Origin: Ginglymostoma cirratum
Taxonomy: Eukaryota
Assembly: GCA_024137785.1 (NCBI GenBank)
Contig: JAHRHZ010000019.1
Span: 46,807,400 to 46,871,399 of the forward strand
DNA length: 64,000 nucleotides
Reading direction: 5' to 3'
Every line of letters begins with the position of its first letter. Within the stretch, counting starts at the first letter, position 1. Under the pieces are notes generated by a model. The model saw nothing but the letters and a program-made list of their open reading frames with translations. It was not told the origin of the DNA and ran no database searches. Shown here one piece after another: positions 51,690 to 64,000 of this stretch. The position numbers and the translations under genes were made by a program.

Positions 51690-52210
51690 TTCAATGTCAA
51701 TCCCTTCAGCAGAGGTTAAAATCAGCAAAAATTCTGGTCTTCCACTAGTTCTGTGCTGCTGCTTGCTGTAATTTTCCACCTTCTTCTGCAAGTGATAGTT
51801 ACTGTTCTGTAATCTATTTTGGTGACATGGCAGTCACGGTTAAACGGCAGAATTGTGGATTGAAGGAGAGTATCAGGCCAACTGCATAAGAGTGAAGTAG
51901 AGCATGACAGCATCAAGGGTTGAAAACCAATTGATCTTGCGTGTTAATAGGTGGGTGATAGATGTGAAGAGAGTTGATCAGTGGATGAAGTGCAGTTGGC
52001 ATGTTATGTCAATTGAAGATGCATTCATTTACCTTCACAACTCCAGTCAGAATTTTAAACTTTTCCTGCAGTGCATCTGTGTTTTTGGAGTTTAGCACTC
52101 TGGCAATACGTCTTCCGGAGCATCTAGCTGCTGGCTGTCTTGGCAGATTCAGGATGTTTCTTCCGTCTCCACATTTTACACAAAAACAATTAGCACATTG
52201 TCAGGAAATC
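51690..52210 (-). pseudogene. Harbinger Myb/SANT gene relic (two exons), convergent with the 49400-50442 transposase
   Basis: Exon 1 'RFPDNVL...HCRKS' ends gtgaag|gtaaat (~52033); acceptor ttgcag (~51785) is followed by 'KKVENYSKQQHRTSGRPEFLLILTSAE'; TIR-like ccaatttaatcccc at ~52535-52548. Confidence 0.7.
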
Positions 52211-53875
52211 TTAACAATCACACTCTTACATGTTCAACCACTCTCTGGTATCACAGTACAGTTTCACTTCTCAGAGTGCCCACCATCTCATGCAGCCACA
52301 ATGCAACACCCATTTAAGAGATAGAGGCTGACTTTAAATGGCACTAGTGACTTGTGCTAATCAGGCTCCCTGCCGTTGTGTGCAACAATGAATAGACAGA
52401 GATAGTGCTGGCTGAATCCAGCAATCAATAAAACCAGTAAATAGTTTAGTTTTAGGGAATTGCCTCTTGCATAGCAATGAGCAAACATGGCTTACTTGCT
52501 AATTGCAATGCTAGTCTTATTTTTAGGGTCTAATCCAATTTAATCCCCTGTATTTGCTGTTAGTGTAAATGCAGCTGGTAACCCAGACTCCTTAAGCAGT
52601 TGTCACCTTAACTATTTTAGTTCTGCTTTCTTTCCTTTTTGAGCTTTGATATGAATCTCAGTAACGTTATTAGAAATCACTCAGAGCGAAATGCTTTGGA
52701 TTTTCTCCCCTCACTGACATTACTTGGACAAATGTGCACCAATAACCCTGTTTACACATGGGAAAGACTTTTCCCACCATGTTTTCAGTACGGTAGTGCT
52801 AGCAAATAATAAGGAGATTCAAAGATTATCGCAGTTATAATGGCAGTATAATATGAATGAAAGCTTAAGGGTGATATCTATCTCAAGCCGAGGATTCAAC
52901 AGATCTAGAATGCATCTATGGTTGCAATGATTGGATAATGAATTGTTGGATTGCATAATGCTAGGACAGGGAGTAATGAATCCATGGCTTGTGTGGAGGT
53001 ACAGCAGGAAATAATAAAATATTAGGTTCCTTTGGAGGCAATAAAATATGTTTACTCTTTTGAAGTAAATATCAAAAACTCAGAAGAGCATAAGCTATTA
53101 TCATTTTATTCTCAGTTTAAAGGTGACATCAAGTATGCAGGAAGACAAATCAAGGTAAAATAAACTTTCTTGAATGGAGCAGATCACTGGATCACTGAAA
53201 TATTTTAAGGACAACAAATTCTCAAAGGAAGGTAAATTATCTCTTTCCTCTAAACCTCACAGGGACACAAAGGTCATTGAGCACGTTGCTGCAGGGCCAA
53301 AGAAGAACAAATTTTCTACAGTGCTGCAGAACTCAAACGAAGAATGGCACAGATCATTCTGCGTCCAAATAGTCGGAGACCAAACTTATTCTGGAAGATG
53401 CATATAGGGATCTTACGTAAGTTCTGACATATTGTCTACCTGATAATTGCCCAATAACAAAATCTCTGATTATCTGGTATCAGGTACCCTCCACAACTTA
53501 CTTGCTTTAATAGTTTGCCAGAGTTATGACCAGTTTCGAAAAGCGATTCCAGATGGGTTTACAGATTTTTGATGCGGAGTTGGCAGATGGGACATTTGAT
53601 TATTAATGTCTTTCCCCCTTGCTGGCTGTAGGGTTACAAGGGCACAAAAATAGTTCCAGAAAGAAATGTTTGCTTTGCAGAGGTAGATATCAGAAGGAAA
53701 ACAACCTTACTTTTAAAATAAAAATGAATGAAACTTTATACTCATGAATATTGAAAGTATTTTTAAAAACTGGAATTGTTTACAAGGGGTACCTTTGTTT
53801 TGGATTAAGCCACGTAGTGAATCAGTTGAAGAGTTTTGGAAAGTTATTACAAATTGATTTAATATAGGTGTTATA

Positions 53876-54480
53876 GTTTCCACCCACAGTCCAAAGATGT
53901 GGAGGCTAGATGGATTAGCTATGGAAAATGGAGGACTACAGGGATAGAGTGGAGGAGTGTAATCACATCTGAAGAACTGTGCACAATATTAGTGACCTTA
54001 CTAATGGAGAGATGTAACATATTGGAAGCTGTTCAGAGAAGGTTTGCTGGACTAATACCTGGAATGAGAGTGCAGCCTTAAGAGGAAAAGGTTTGACAAG
54101 CTAGGTATGTATCTGCTGGAATTTAGAACAGTAAGAATGACTTAATTGAAACGTATAAGATCCTAAGGAGTCTTGACAGGGTAGACGCAGAAAGGATGTT
54201 TCCTCTTATGGGACAATCTAAAAATCAGGGGTCACCCATTTAAACAGAGATGAGAGGAATTTTTTTTCACTCAGAGGATTGGAACTCTCTTCCTAAATAA
54301 ATATAAGAAGCAGAGTCCTTGAATATCTTTAAGGTAGTGGTAGGTAGATTCTTGTTAAAAAAAAACAAGTGGGATAATCAGCTATCGTGGGTAGGCAGGA
54401 ATATGGATTTGAAGATACAATCTGATCAACCATGATCTTATGGAGCAGGCTCAAGGGTTGAATGATCTGCTCCTGCCTCG
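53876..54480 (+). mobile_element. HE1 SINE scrap followed by a CR1 3' fragment
   Basis: cccacagtccaaagatgt; 'ILEAVQRRFAGLIPGM'. Confidence 0.85.
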
Positions 54481-55299
54481 ATTCAAACTGCCGTATGTAT
54501 CAATGATGGCTCGTATTCACCTTATATTTTCCTCTTAATCATGTTTTGCCATCTCCCTTCGGGCCATATCTTCCCTATTTGGAAAACTCTTACCACGCAT
54601 CTATATTCTTTTGCAATCAATTTTCTTCTCCCTCACAGTTCACTATTTTTCTTACTTAGCATCTTCTGACAGATTAAATAAACTCTGTTCTATTCCCAAA
54701 CTCCAGCCAATTATCAGTAGCTGTGCGTGCTATGATCTCTAGCATCCAAAGTGATATTTTCTTTTGGATAGCAACTCTGCCACTGAAACCTAAGTATCAA
54801 AGAATCTTTTAACACAGAGGTGGTTATTCAACCTATTGTGCCTGCTCCTATGTCAATTCATACCAGTCCCACTGTCATCTTCTCTCCCCATTACAATGCA
54901 ATTTTTCCTTTTCTACGATATATCCACTCCCTGTTGTCCAACCAATATCATTATGCAACACAGAAGTAAAAGTGACATTTACAACTTGATTTTGTTTAAA
55001 TTATGGGATATCTCCGTAATGAGTTTGGAACTCCAGATGCTCAAAGCCCATATAAGGCTGACCTGATGCAATCATTATGGCTCTCTCTCTCGGCTGGGAT
55101 CTTTCTATTGAAGGCATATTGCTATTTTGCTGATTTCTGTAATATATTGTCTGAATTTATAGGCAAATTCTTTCAACTAATTTGTGTGCTGCTTTCTTTA
55201 GTGAACAATTATAGCAGACTCTGAGGGATGAAGACAAGGCATACCAGTCTGGCAGTGTTGGCCTTAATTGATCCATAAGGGTTAGGTCTTATGGTACCA

Positions 55300-55800
55300 A
55301 ATAATCACATCAGCAACAGGAGTAATCCAAACAGCCTACAAATCTGCTCCATCATTCACTTAGATTGTAGCTGATTTGAATTTTAAGTCTGTCTACATTC
55401 CTTGGTTCCATAACCTTCTATATCCTCACCAAATAAAAATCTACCAATCACAGTTTTGAAATTTGCAATTAACCTTAGTATCAACAGCTTTCCATTAGCT
55501 TTGGCATCAGAACTGAATAGGTTCATTTTAAAGCTACATCCCTTTATGGCTGCCCACCTGAACCAGTAAGTTTGCTTTCCATGTTTCCTATTCAACCTGT
55601 TATTACACACTTTGGGAGCAACTGGGACTTGAACCAAGGTCTTCTGATCAGAGATACAGTCACTGCCACTGCACTACAAGAGCCCCTGATAGGTTCTCTC
55701 AAACTTACTGCCTTCTTTAATCATCTTAAATGCCTCAATTAGATCACCCCTTCATCTTCCTTCCAAGCCTACTCGATTACAACTTTAATAATTTAACTGT
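55300..55800 (-). mobile_element. CR1 3' fragments with a small SINE piece (~55560-55685)
   Basis: Reverse CR1 3' UTR motifs; gggacttgaacc B-box-like sequence on the reverse strand. Confidence 0.6.
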
Positions 55801-56213
55801 TTTAGTTCATTTTAGCTTTTGTATCAAGGCAGCCAAATTTTAAACATTTCAACAATACAATCAAAACTGGTAATCATTGTGTTCTATTGCCCGAGAGCCA
55901 AGAATCAAACATTTCAACGTCATCTTCTACAGATTATGAATACCCAGTAAGTTTAGCAGGTTTCTGTAATACAATTTTCCAAACTCGCATTTGCTCATAA
56001 TAAGTGACATAATTATTTTTATTCTTGACATCTAATTGCACAGGTATATACAAGTAAAAGATAATCACCATAGTCTTACCATCCAATAGGACAGCTCTGT
56101 CATTAGAGAGACACTGGTGGTGTTTTAACCTGAGGGTTTTCGCACCTCAGGTGAAGGGAGGGATTGAGAAGATGAATCCTTCATGGTTGTCAAGCCAACT
56201 GAGATAAATTAGC

Positions 56214-56675
56214 TCAGAGATAAAAGGTACTGCAGATGCTGGAGAATCCGAGATAACAAGCATGGGGCTGGATGAACACAGCAGGCCAAGCAGCATCATA
56301 GGAGCAGGAAAATCTCCACCTCCCTAACCTGTTCTTCCTCTCACCTCAAGCCACACCCCCATCTCCTATCTACTAACATCATCCCGCCCCCTTGACCTGT
56401 CCGTCCTCCCTGGACCGACCTATCTCCTCCTTACCCCTCTACCTGCACTCACCTTTACTGGCTCCATCCCCGCCTCTTCGACTTGTCTGCCTCCTCTCCA
56501 CCTATCCTCTCCTCTATCCATCTTCTATCCGCCTCCCCCTCTCTCCCTATTTATTTCAGAACCCTCTTCCCCTCCCCCATTTCTGATGAAGGGTCTAGGC
56601 CCGAAACGTCAAGTTTTCCTGCTCCTATGATGCTGCTTGACCTGCTGTGTTCATCCAGCCACATGCTTGTTATCT
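56214..56675 (+). mobile_element. Penelope pLTR with inverted 5' arm
   Basis: Inverted arm 56214-56312; 15-bp TSD ctgagataaattagc (56199-56213 and 56674-56688). Confidence 0.92.
56580..56613 (+). ncRNA. Minimal type I hammerhead ribozyme motif (intact core, GUC site)
   Basis: UUU-CUGAUGA-A-GGGU(CUAG)GCCC-GAAAC-GUC-AAG. Confidence 0.7.
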
Positions 56676-58819
56676 GAGATAAATTAGCCCTCGTTTACAA
56701 GGAGCCACAGGGATTGAAGATCCCAACAGAATGGCTTAACTTTAAGTGTTGGTGGAAATTAAATAAAATCAAAGCAAACCACGACTGTGATTTTTAACTA
56801 CGTCAGCAAGTGAAAGGGAAGTCGGTGAGGGGTTGTCAGGATGGTGCGTGGGATACAGAGTGAACACGTGAGGAACAGATTGGGGCATCAAATGAAGTGG
56901 TGAGCAGGACTAAGGTGCTGAGCGAAGAAATGAGTGGGGCACTGAACAGAGACTCAAGTGGACTGAGGGTAGAGAGTTTTACTTGGGGCTTCAGTAGCAA
57001 GTGGGCAGAGTCAGCACCAGCTTCCAGTTCTAGGAGCATGATGCCAACCTCTCTGCCAGAACAGTGATAGGAGGTACACCAATATTAAGAAAGCAGCACT
57101 TTCCATTCATTAGCACTTAATATGTGATCATATTTACCAACATATATTTAATTATTAAAATTTGCAATGAATAACTCATTGAAAGGATAATGAAGTTTAC
57201 AAGTTGAACAGGCCAATTTCAGATAAGCACTCCTTCTTCAGTTCAAGAATGAAGGTAGAGTTACCTTCGTCCCAAAGTACAGCTTTCTCATTGCAGAGAG
57301 ACAACTGGAGGAGGCTTAACCTGGAGGGTGGCAATGTCTGAGACAGGGGGCAAGATTGAGAGGATTGGTCTTTTATTGCCAATACAGGAATTGAATCCAC
57401 ATTGTTGGCATCACTCTGCATTGCAAAGCAACTGTCCAACAACTCCCCAGTAAGCTTCATTGAATTAAGCAAATCCGCTTAAGCACTTGATATACTTTAC
57501 AAATTCAGAGGCAGCAATTTTTTTACATTTTGAAGACCTTGTACAGATCATTTGAGTGTTAATTCTCTGTTCATCGTAGGTAATCATATTTGCATATGTC
57601 CCAGCAGAAAATTTAATTTCTTTTCCTATTTCATTCCACCAATGCCTATCACATTTTTAAAATGGGTGCTATTCAGATTTCTTGCCCTAGTTTTTAAATG
57701 TTTAAGTCTTAAAGGTGCAAATAACAGCTTAGTGCAGTATTTTAAACTTTGCTGCATTTTTCACATAGATATATCAGTGCCATCTGTAGTGTACCACTTG
57801 CTGTTGGTGCCTTCAATGCCTTCATGCAGTAAAAGATTCCTTTTGTTTCTTCCTGCCCTGTGGCTGACAGCAACTAGCAGACATCAATCTTCTAAATGGG
57901 AATTCCATTGAGCACCACAATGGCAGCTATGAATCTGATTGGGGAAAAGCAGTCCATGCACTTGATGTCTTGTCACCCTCATCCTAAGAGCTTTGTATCT
58001 GCCAACTGTGATCCATGATGCAGTATATCATAGAAATTCTTCAAGCTCCATCTCCGGAGAAAATCCACAGGGACAAGCTTGTGCATCACCATATAGACAC
58101 TTTCAATATTGTACTTTTACATGGCACGATACAATCAAACTGGCGCCGGTGATATTTGTCATATTAGGCAGCCTTAAGTCTACCAATCAACGAAATCAGC
58201 TAACAAATCCTTTATTGGCCAACAGGCCAAAGTCAGCCAGGCTTTTACAAAAATATCTGGTCTTATAGCTGGAATAGCAGCTCATTAAAAGCTACTGCAC
58301 TCTTAATTCCCAAACCTTACATTCATTTGCACCTCTTGTATTCATGGAAAATGTACAAGAGCACAATCAAATTATTACAATGAACTGACTCCACTAAATC
58401 TCTGAGCCTGTGAAATGGATTGTGCATCTGTTCCATTACTGACTCGATTCTAACATAGGTTGCTTGGCATAGAAAGGCAAGGCTGTATTAATATACTCCA
58501 GGCTTGCTGCAGTCATTTTACCTCTAGCATGAGGTACTCACTGCGGTCACCTATTTTATAGCCAGTTCAATAAAGACAGAGTACATTGTGGACCATATCA
58601 ATTATATTCAATCATTTATGCATGTTTAAAACCCAATATAGCTATTTTCCATTTTTCTTTTGTAATTTTAGCCAGCAATTTTCCACATTCAAATATTCTA
58701 GTACCGTGCTGTTATCCAAAAGTTAACAAATTATTGGCCAAGTTCTGTGGCCTTATCAAGTAAGAATACAAATTTTATCAGCAAGTTATTTTGGCAAAGT
58801 GTCATTTTTGTAGAAGTTT

Positions 58820-61800
58820 TTGGAGGATTTCTCACCAAGAGGCCCAGTGAGATCTCTTTCCCTCCCCAAGCACATTTGCCCTAACCTCCCACACTGTCAC
58901 TGTGGTGCAAATAGCCCCATCCCATCATGTGCTGTTTCCAGAAGAACTCACTACTCACTGAATAGCCGCCAGAAGACCAGAGGCCCTGGTGCTCATGAGC
59001 ACTGGCATTCTGAAGCTGCTTTGCTCTGTGAGGACATTCAGACAAAAGATGCTGGAGAGGGGAAGATGGCTGCCACAATTCTCTAACGGAGACCTGGAGG
59101 CCCTAGTGAACAGAGTGGTGTAGAGGAGGGATGCCCTTTTCCGGGAGGACAGACAGAAGAAGCCTTAACACCACAACCTGGTCCAAGGTCACCACCCAGG
59201 TCGGTGCAGTTCATTTAGTCCAGAGGAATAATCAGGAGTGCCAAAAAAGTCAATGACTTTCACTGCTCTGCCAGAGTAAGTACCACACTCCTCGTTGTTG
59301 CCTCACATTCACTCTATCTCTGTTACTGCATACACCACCTTTAGACTACTTGCACCAGCATTAATGGCTGTGCCACCCACTTTCATTTCATTCAATACCT
59401 CCCTCTTTTCTCGTTCCAGCCCATAACAGGGCAGAGACAGACCCCAGACATTGCACAAAGTGCTGCTTCAAGCATGTGAGTGTCTATCTGCTTCCATGGA
59501 CAGGTTGGCAGCTGCCATGGAGTGCCAGGTCCAGCACCATCTGGATTTGCTGGAGGTACGCATACATCTATGCCCCCATGGACCAGCCATTGATCCTCTG
59601 CATGGTGACAGCAGGATGGGGAAGCTGGTTGTCACTCCTTTCCTTACAAGAGCACAGGGCAGTGGCAAAAGGAACCAGCCAGAGAAGGAATCACATCCCC
59701 TCATGATGCTCCAGAGGTGACTGGGGAAACCATCAGCACCCTGCCTGCCACTGTCTAATTCCTTGATGTTGAAGCTGAGGAGGGTCCACTTGCCTCTGGC
59801 AAGAAGGCCCTCAATGTGCCTGAACCATCCAGACAAGAATGGCCCAATGGTTTTCCAGTTACATCTTGAAAGCCAACAGGCTACTCTGATGCTGCTTGGC
59901 CTGCTGTGTTCATCCAGCTCTACACCTTGTCATCTCAGGCTACACTGACGAGTGGTTTCCCCCAGGCCATCTACAGAACCTGGGACAACACTAAGACATA
60001 GTAGGAGGGAAAGAAAGTAAAAAATCTTTTGAGGGCACTTTTGTGGCACATGTGCCTGAGCAATGTATATACAGCATTAAGTTTAGATCAATGTTATTGG
60101 TTTTGCACTACATCCGTTTGAGTCACTGTGTTGTCCCGAATGTAACAACGCCAACAGGATGTTCATACAGAGTGGGCCATGGATCAATATTTGTGTGGAC
60201 AGCCTGCTACAGCATGTGGTATCAAAATGAACAAGGTATATACAGGGCAATGGGTTTTGCTGGCACCATTGCCTCTTATCATCAAGCATCCTTATTCTTT
60301 CTCTGACCTCTGTGTCCATTAAGTGTTGGTGTTGAATGAACTGGAGAGCAATGTTTGTGACAGGGAGGTGCACAGCACACAGAAAGCCAATGCATTAAGG
60401 TTATCAGGGAGGTCTGTGTCCTGTATAGTGCATGGCTCTGGGTGTAATGTTGGGTCTCTAAGTGACCTCACATTAATGGGTCTTGCAGCCACTGTCCTCA
60501 CAAATCTAGACACCTAACCCACCGTCTCCAGCTGTGAACACAGCCATTACCAAACATCACCATGTTCTTTTGATTTCAAGCACAATGGAAGGAAACAATA
60601 AATGCTCTTCAGCCACTGACTTCCAGCCTCCATCTCTGCACATCAGTGAGGACCCAAATATTCCAGATGCCCTTCCTGATAGCCTGCCCAATGAACACTC
60701 TCAGCTTCGCACTAGGTCCCCTCCCAACTCGTCTTCATGCCCCTGCAGCCATGGTATATGATGTGATCACACCAGGCGTGTGGTTATTCAATGTTCCCCT
60801 CCCCCACCTTACAAATACAGTAACTCTCTTCACATCTACCATCCCTCTGTTCCCCAGCCTGCAGCCCCCGAACCCCACTAACAGGTTCCTGAGTCTCTTG
60901 TCCGTAGCAGTGGTCCACCATGTACACTCCATGCCCCATATTTCTATCCATTTTTCTGCAAGGATCTAATGGACTGACCATGACCCAGCCTCTTGAGCCA
61001 GTACAAGAAGTGCCAAGACCCCTGACTGATGACTGATGGCTTGTACAACAAAATTGGCCCTATCCTCCAGACCGGCTGCTATAGAGCCACAGGACTGATG
61101 TTGATCCACTCTGTGACTGCAGAGCCACAGCTCCCCTGACTGAGAACAATGTGACTGGAAGCCTACGTGTGGCCAATCCCCTGGACTGGCATGGGAGGCT
61201 GCTCTTGACCTACTGCACTGGGACTCCCTGACTGACAGGTGCCTCTATGAACTTAGTGAGGACTACTCCCCTGAGACTTTGAGATATAGTGCCTGCTTGT
61301 TTCACTTGTGGTATGTAAGCTGCTAGCACACAGTTCAGGTGTGAGAGTGACACAGTACACTGCAATATTACAAGACGTCCACCCCTTTGACTGAGGACTC
61401 TGGCCAGCCAGGCAAACTGTTTAGTTGTGTGTTTGTGCTAATTGGCATGGAAAATCAAGGCAATGCAAGGCAGGGATACTGTAAGCATGCAGGTAGCCAC
61501 TAGTGAGTGAGCTCTAAGAGAGCAAGGGAGCAGCCCTGAGGTCCAGTCTGAGAGCTGGGTGTCTGTCCCTGCACACGTTGTGTCCTTACGGCATCCTTTC
61601 AATGTTGGCTGCCAGTGTGACCTGCAATGCAGGTCCTTGCTTTCTAAATATCCTGCAAACTAATTGGAGACGATCCGGAGAGATTATCAAATATGAGATG
61701 CCAATGCCATGGGCAGGAGGTGCATGTGTCTGGTGCCCATGAATCATGCCCAAGATTCTGTTTTGTGCTCGGCAACAAGGAAGCTGTTGGCATCCAGCGA

Positions 61801-62120
61801 TGAGATGAAGTCCCTGGGTACCTGCTCTGGCTTCCATGTCAAGAAAGTCTTGGCATGTCATTTGCTTGATGGGATTGGTAAAATAGGAAACTGCATGTTA
61901 ATGAGGTGAGTTGTGGGAGTTAATATGGTCATTAACAAGCAATAATGCCCCTTAATAGGCAACTCGTCACTGCCTAGCAAGAATCTCACTTTGACATCTA
62001 GAACATTTTGTTGTTAAGATGCAGCGAGTTGTTCCCAATGTCAAGATAGGCTTTGCCGGACTTCTGACACAATTCTGCTGCATTTCTCACCATAGCCAGC
62101 ATCAGTCAGGTTGCTATAAG
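58820..62120. mobile_element. Degenerate Harbinger element: Myb/SANT gene (+, ~59060-59280) and weak transposase relic (-, ~60300-60700)
   Basis: 'PQFSNGDLEALVNRVV*RRDALF...WSKVTTQV...QRNNQECQK/KVND' followed by a gtaag donor; reverse strand 'RSLRDPT', 'FCVLCTS'; boundaries uncertain. Confidence 0.65.
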
Positions 62121-63359
62121 CTTCCTCCTTGTATTACCTGCTGCATCAGGTCTGAACTTCTGATGCGAGACCCATATATATTTACTGCCAGCAGGTATCT
62201 GCTGAACAGCGAGTAATCTGTGCTATATTATGTATCTCCGGCTCAAGAGTTCAGCTTGAGAAGATGCTCAGCCTTGAGGTGCTGGTGAGCACTACCTATC
62301 TTCCTTTTATCCTAAGCTGGATGTTTGGTGTGAAACAATGGTTCTTGCAAGAGCCTTTTGCAAGTGGGCGTTTAGTCTAACTCGATCCACACTTAATAAA
62401 TTAAAGACAAAGGAACAGCTATGCAGAGAACACTCCTGATATGTGTGGCGAATATTTTATGCAACATCATGGATTTTCAACATTTCCGAGGACAGCATAT
62501 TAGCACTTGTGTCAGAAAGCTGTGCTGCTGAAATCTCTGTGCTCAAGTAATAATTAGCCAAACTCCTCGGCATCCGACAAGGACAGAAGTGTCTGTGTCA
62601 TGTAATGAATGCTCGGGGTATTTTTAGAATGTAACCAGGGGTTGTTTCCTCTATCAGAATGGTACAAAGCAACCACTTTGGTGGGTATGTCTCATATTCA
62701 ACTATGTCCAATGCTGAATTGCATGGAGAATCATGATCCCTTAGACACCAATAATAGTTTTTAAAAGAAATTCAAACTTCAAGTTAATAGTTGAACAGAT
62801 AAATACGATAAAATTTCATGTTTATTGTGATAAACAGACTAAAATGCCACCATTATTTACGTAAGCAACTTTATACTTTAAACAGAAGAATAAAGATTTT
62901 CAGTGCAACCACAAAAACACACCACAGGAAATCGTTACACTGCTCTTTATGTCAATATTCAATACTTCAGAAACAGGTCAAAATTAATCAGTCCTTTCCT
63001 TTGCCAGCCGACAAATGTTTAATTCCAGGATTGTCTGTCACTGTGCAGATTATCCTAGAGGTTCTCCTTCTGGTTAAACATATGTCGATCATCCATCCTT
63101 TTTTAACCACTCAAAATTTGATCTTTCGAATCCAAGCAAGAGCTCCCACCTTCATTCCTGCATAGTGAACCACAGCATCTTACTGCCTATAGCTGCTCTC
63201 CCATTCCCTGGATCTTGATGGACTAACTGCGCCTGTGAATATTCTGGAATAGCAAAGGACAGATCGACTAAATTACCATTAACGTTCGGAAAGAATACAA
63301 ATTTTGTTGTACCTATCCTTTGTCTCAGGTCTAAATTCCTGATGGAATTGTATATTCAG

Positions 63360-63535
63360 AAGCACTAACACAGTGTGGAGCTGGAGGAACACTGCAGGTC
63401 AAGCAGGTTTCTGAAGAAGGGTCTGGACCTGAAACATCAGCTTTCCTGCTCCTCTGATGCTGCCCGGCCTGCTGTGTTCCTCCAGCTCCACACTGTGTTA
63501 TCTCTGACTCCAACATCAACAGTTCTTACTATCTC
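63360..63535. mobile_element. Penelope-derived fold-back mini-insert with hammerhead-like core
   Basis: cagtgtggagctggaggaacac arm and its inverse; ctgaagaagggtctggacctgaaacatc. Confidence 0.85.
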
Positions 63536-63664
63536 TGATGGGAATGAGCTTTGCTGTGGTTATTTCACACAAATCAAACTGACTGTGAATTAATTTCTAT
63601 TTGAAAGAACCCTGCAAAGGCTTTTGGTTTGTCAATTCTCCAAATAACAGGCAGACACTTCAGG

Positions 63665-63885
63665 GATGGAGTACCAATATGGGAAAGTTGTCATCTCTTC
63701 TCTGGAAGGAATGCTGCAGGCAATAACGGCCCATCCAGAGGCATTATTTCCAATGATGGGAGGAAGAGGCCAATATCTGTGAACACACAAGTGTACTGGA
63801 TATCACGGAAGAGGTGAGCAACAGGTTGACAATCCACAATACCAGAACAAAGGATGTTCAATCATCTTATGGCAAAAAAGATGAG
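63665..63885 (+). pseudogene. Harbinger Myb/SANT exon-1 relic
   Basis: Frameshifted 'SSLEGMLQAITAHPEALFP/DGRKRPISVNTQ/LDITEEVS', matching the other Myb/SANT relics. Confidence 0.65.
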
Positions 63886-64000
63886 TAATGTACTGCCTTC
63901 AAGTGCCAAACCACTCACTTTTACAATTCAAATCTTCCCTTGTGCAGCTACCATCTGCAACTAGGACCAATGTTAACATTCCTGTCATCACCAGCCTGGC

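Noticed and set aside
63650-63815. Apparent coding exon (ag acceptor, open frame, gag|gtgagc donor)
   Set aside because: Across frameshifts it translates to a Harbinger Myb/SANT relic like those at 52 kb and 59 kb, not a host exon

Overview
Eukaryotic, repeat-dense, apparently intergenic or intronic DNA from a cartilaginous fish, probably a shark (inferred from HE1-type V-SINEs, their partner CR1 LINEs and Penelope pseudo-LTRs). I found no supportable host protein-coding gene; almost every ORF in the track is a decayed transposon frame or a chance ORF. Main contents: (i) a full-length but dead Ty3/Gypsy element (32022-36998, minus; 5-bp TSD GTAAG, PBS, PPT) with a Tx1/L1 3' fragment inside one LTR; (ii) an older nested Gypsy relic (~13843-19540); (iii) at least five decayed PIF/Harbinger remnants (DDE transposase and Myb/SANT genes); (iv) many CR1/L2 LINE pieces and several SINE families; (v) about a dozen Penelope-derived inserts, often fold-back, with 13-15-bp TSDs and minimal hammerhead ribozyme motifs, two with intact cores; (vi) two minisatellites and two N gaps. 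The most notable observations are the hammerhead-bearing fold-back mini-elements, an apparently ORF1-less LINE whose 5' end is a tRNA-like SINE head (with matching head+tail SINEs), and two inverted SINEs 17 kb apart sharing a near-identical 57-bp tract that includes non-SINE flank. Family names come from motif recognition by eye, and most boundaries are approximate unless a TSD is given.
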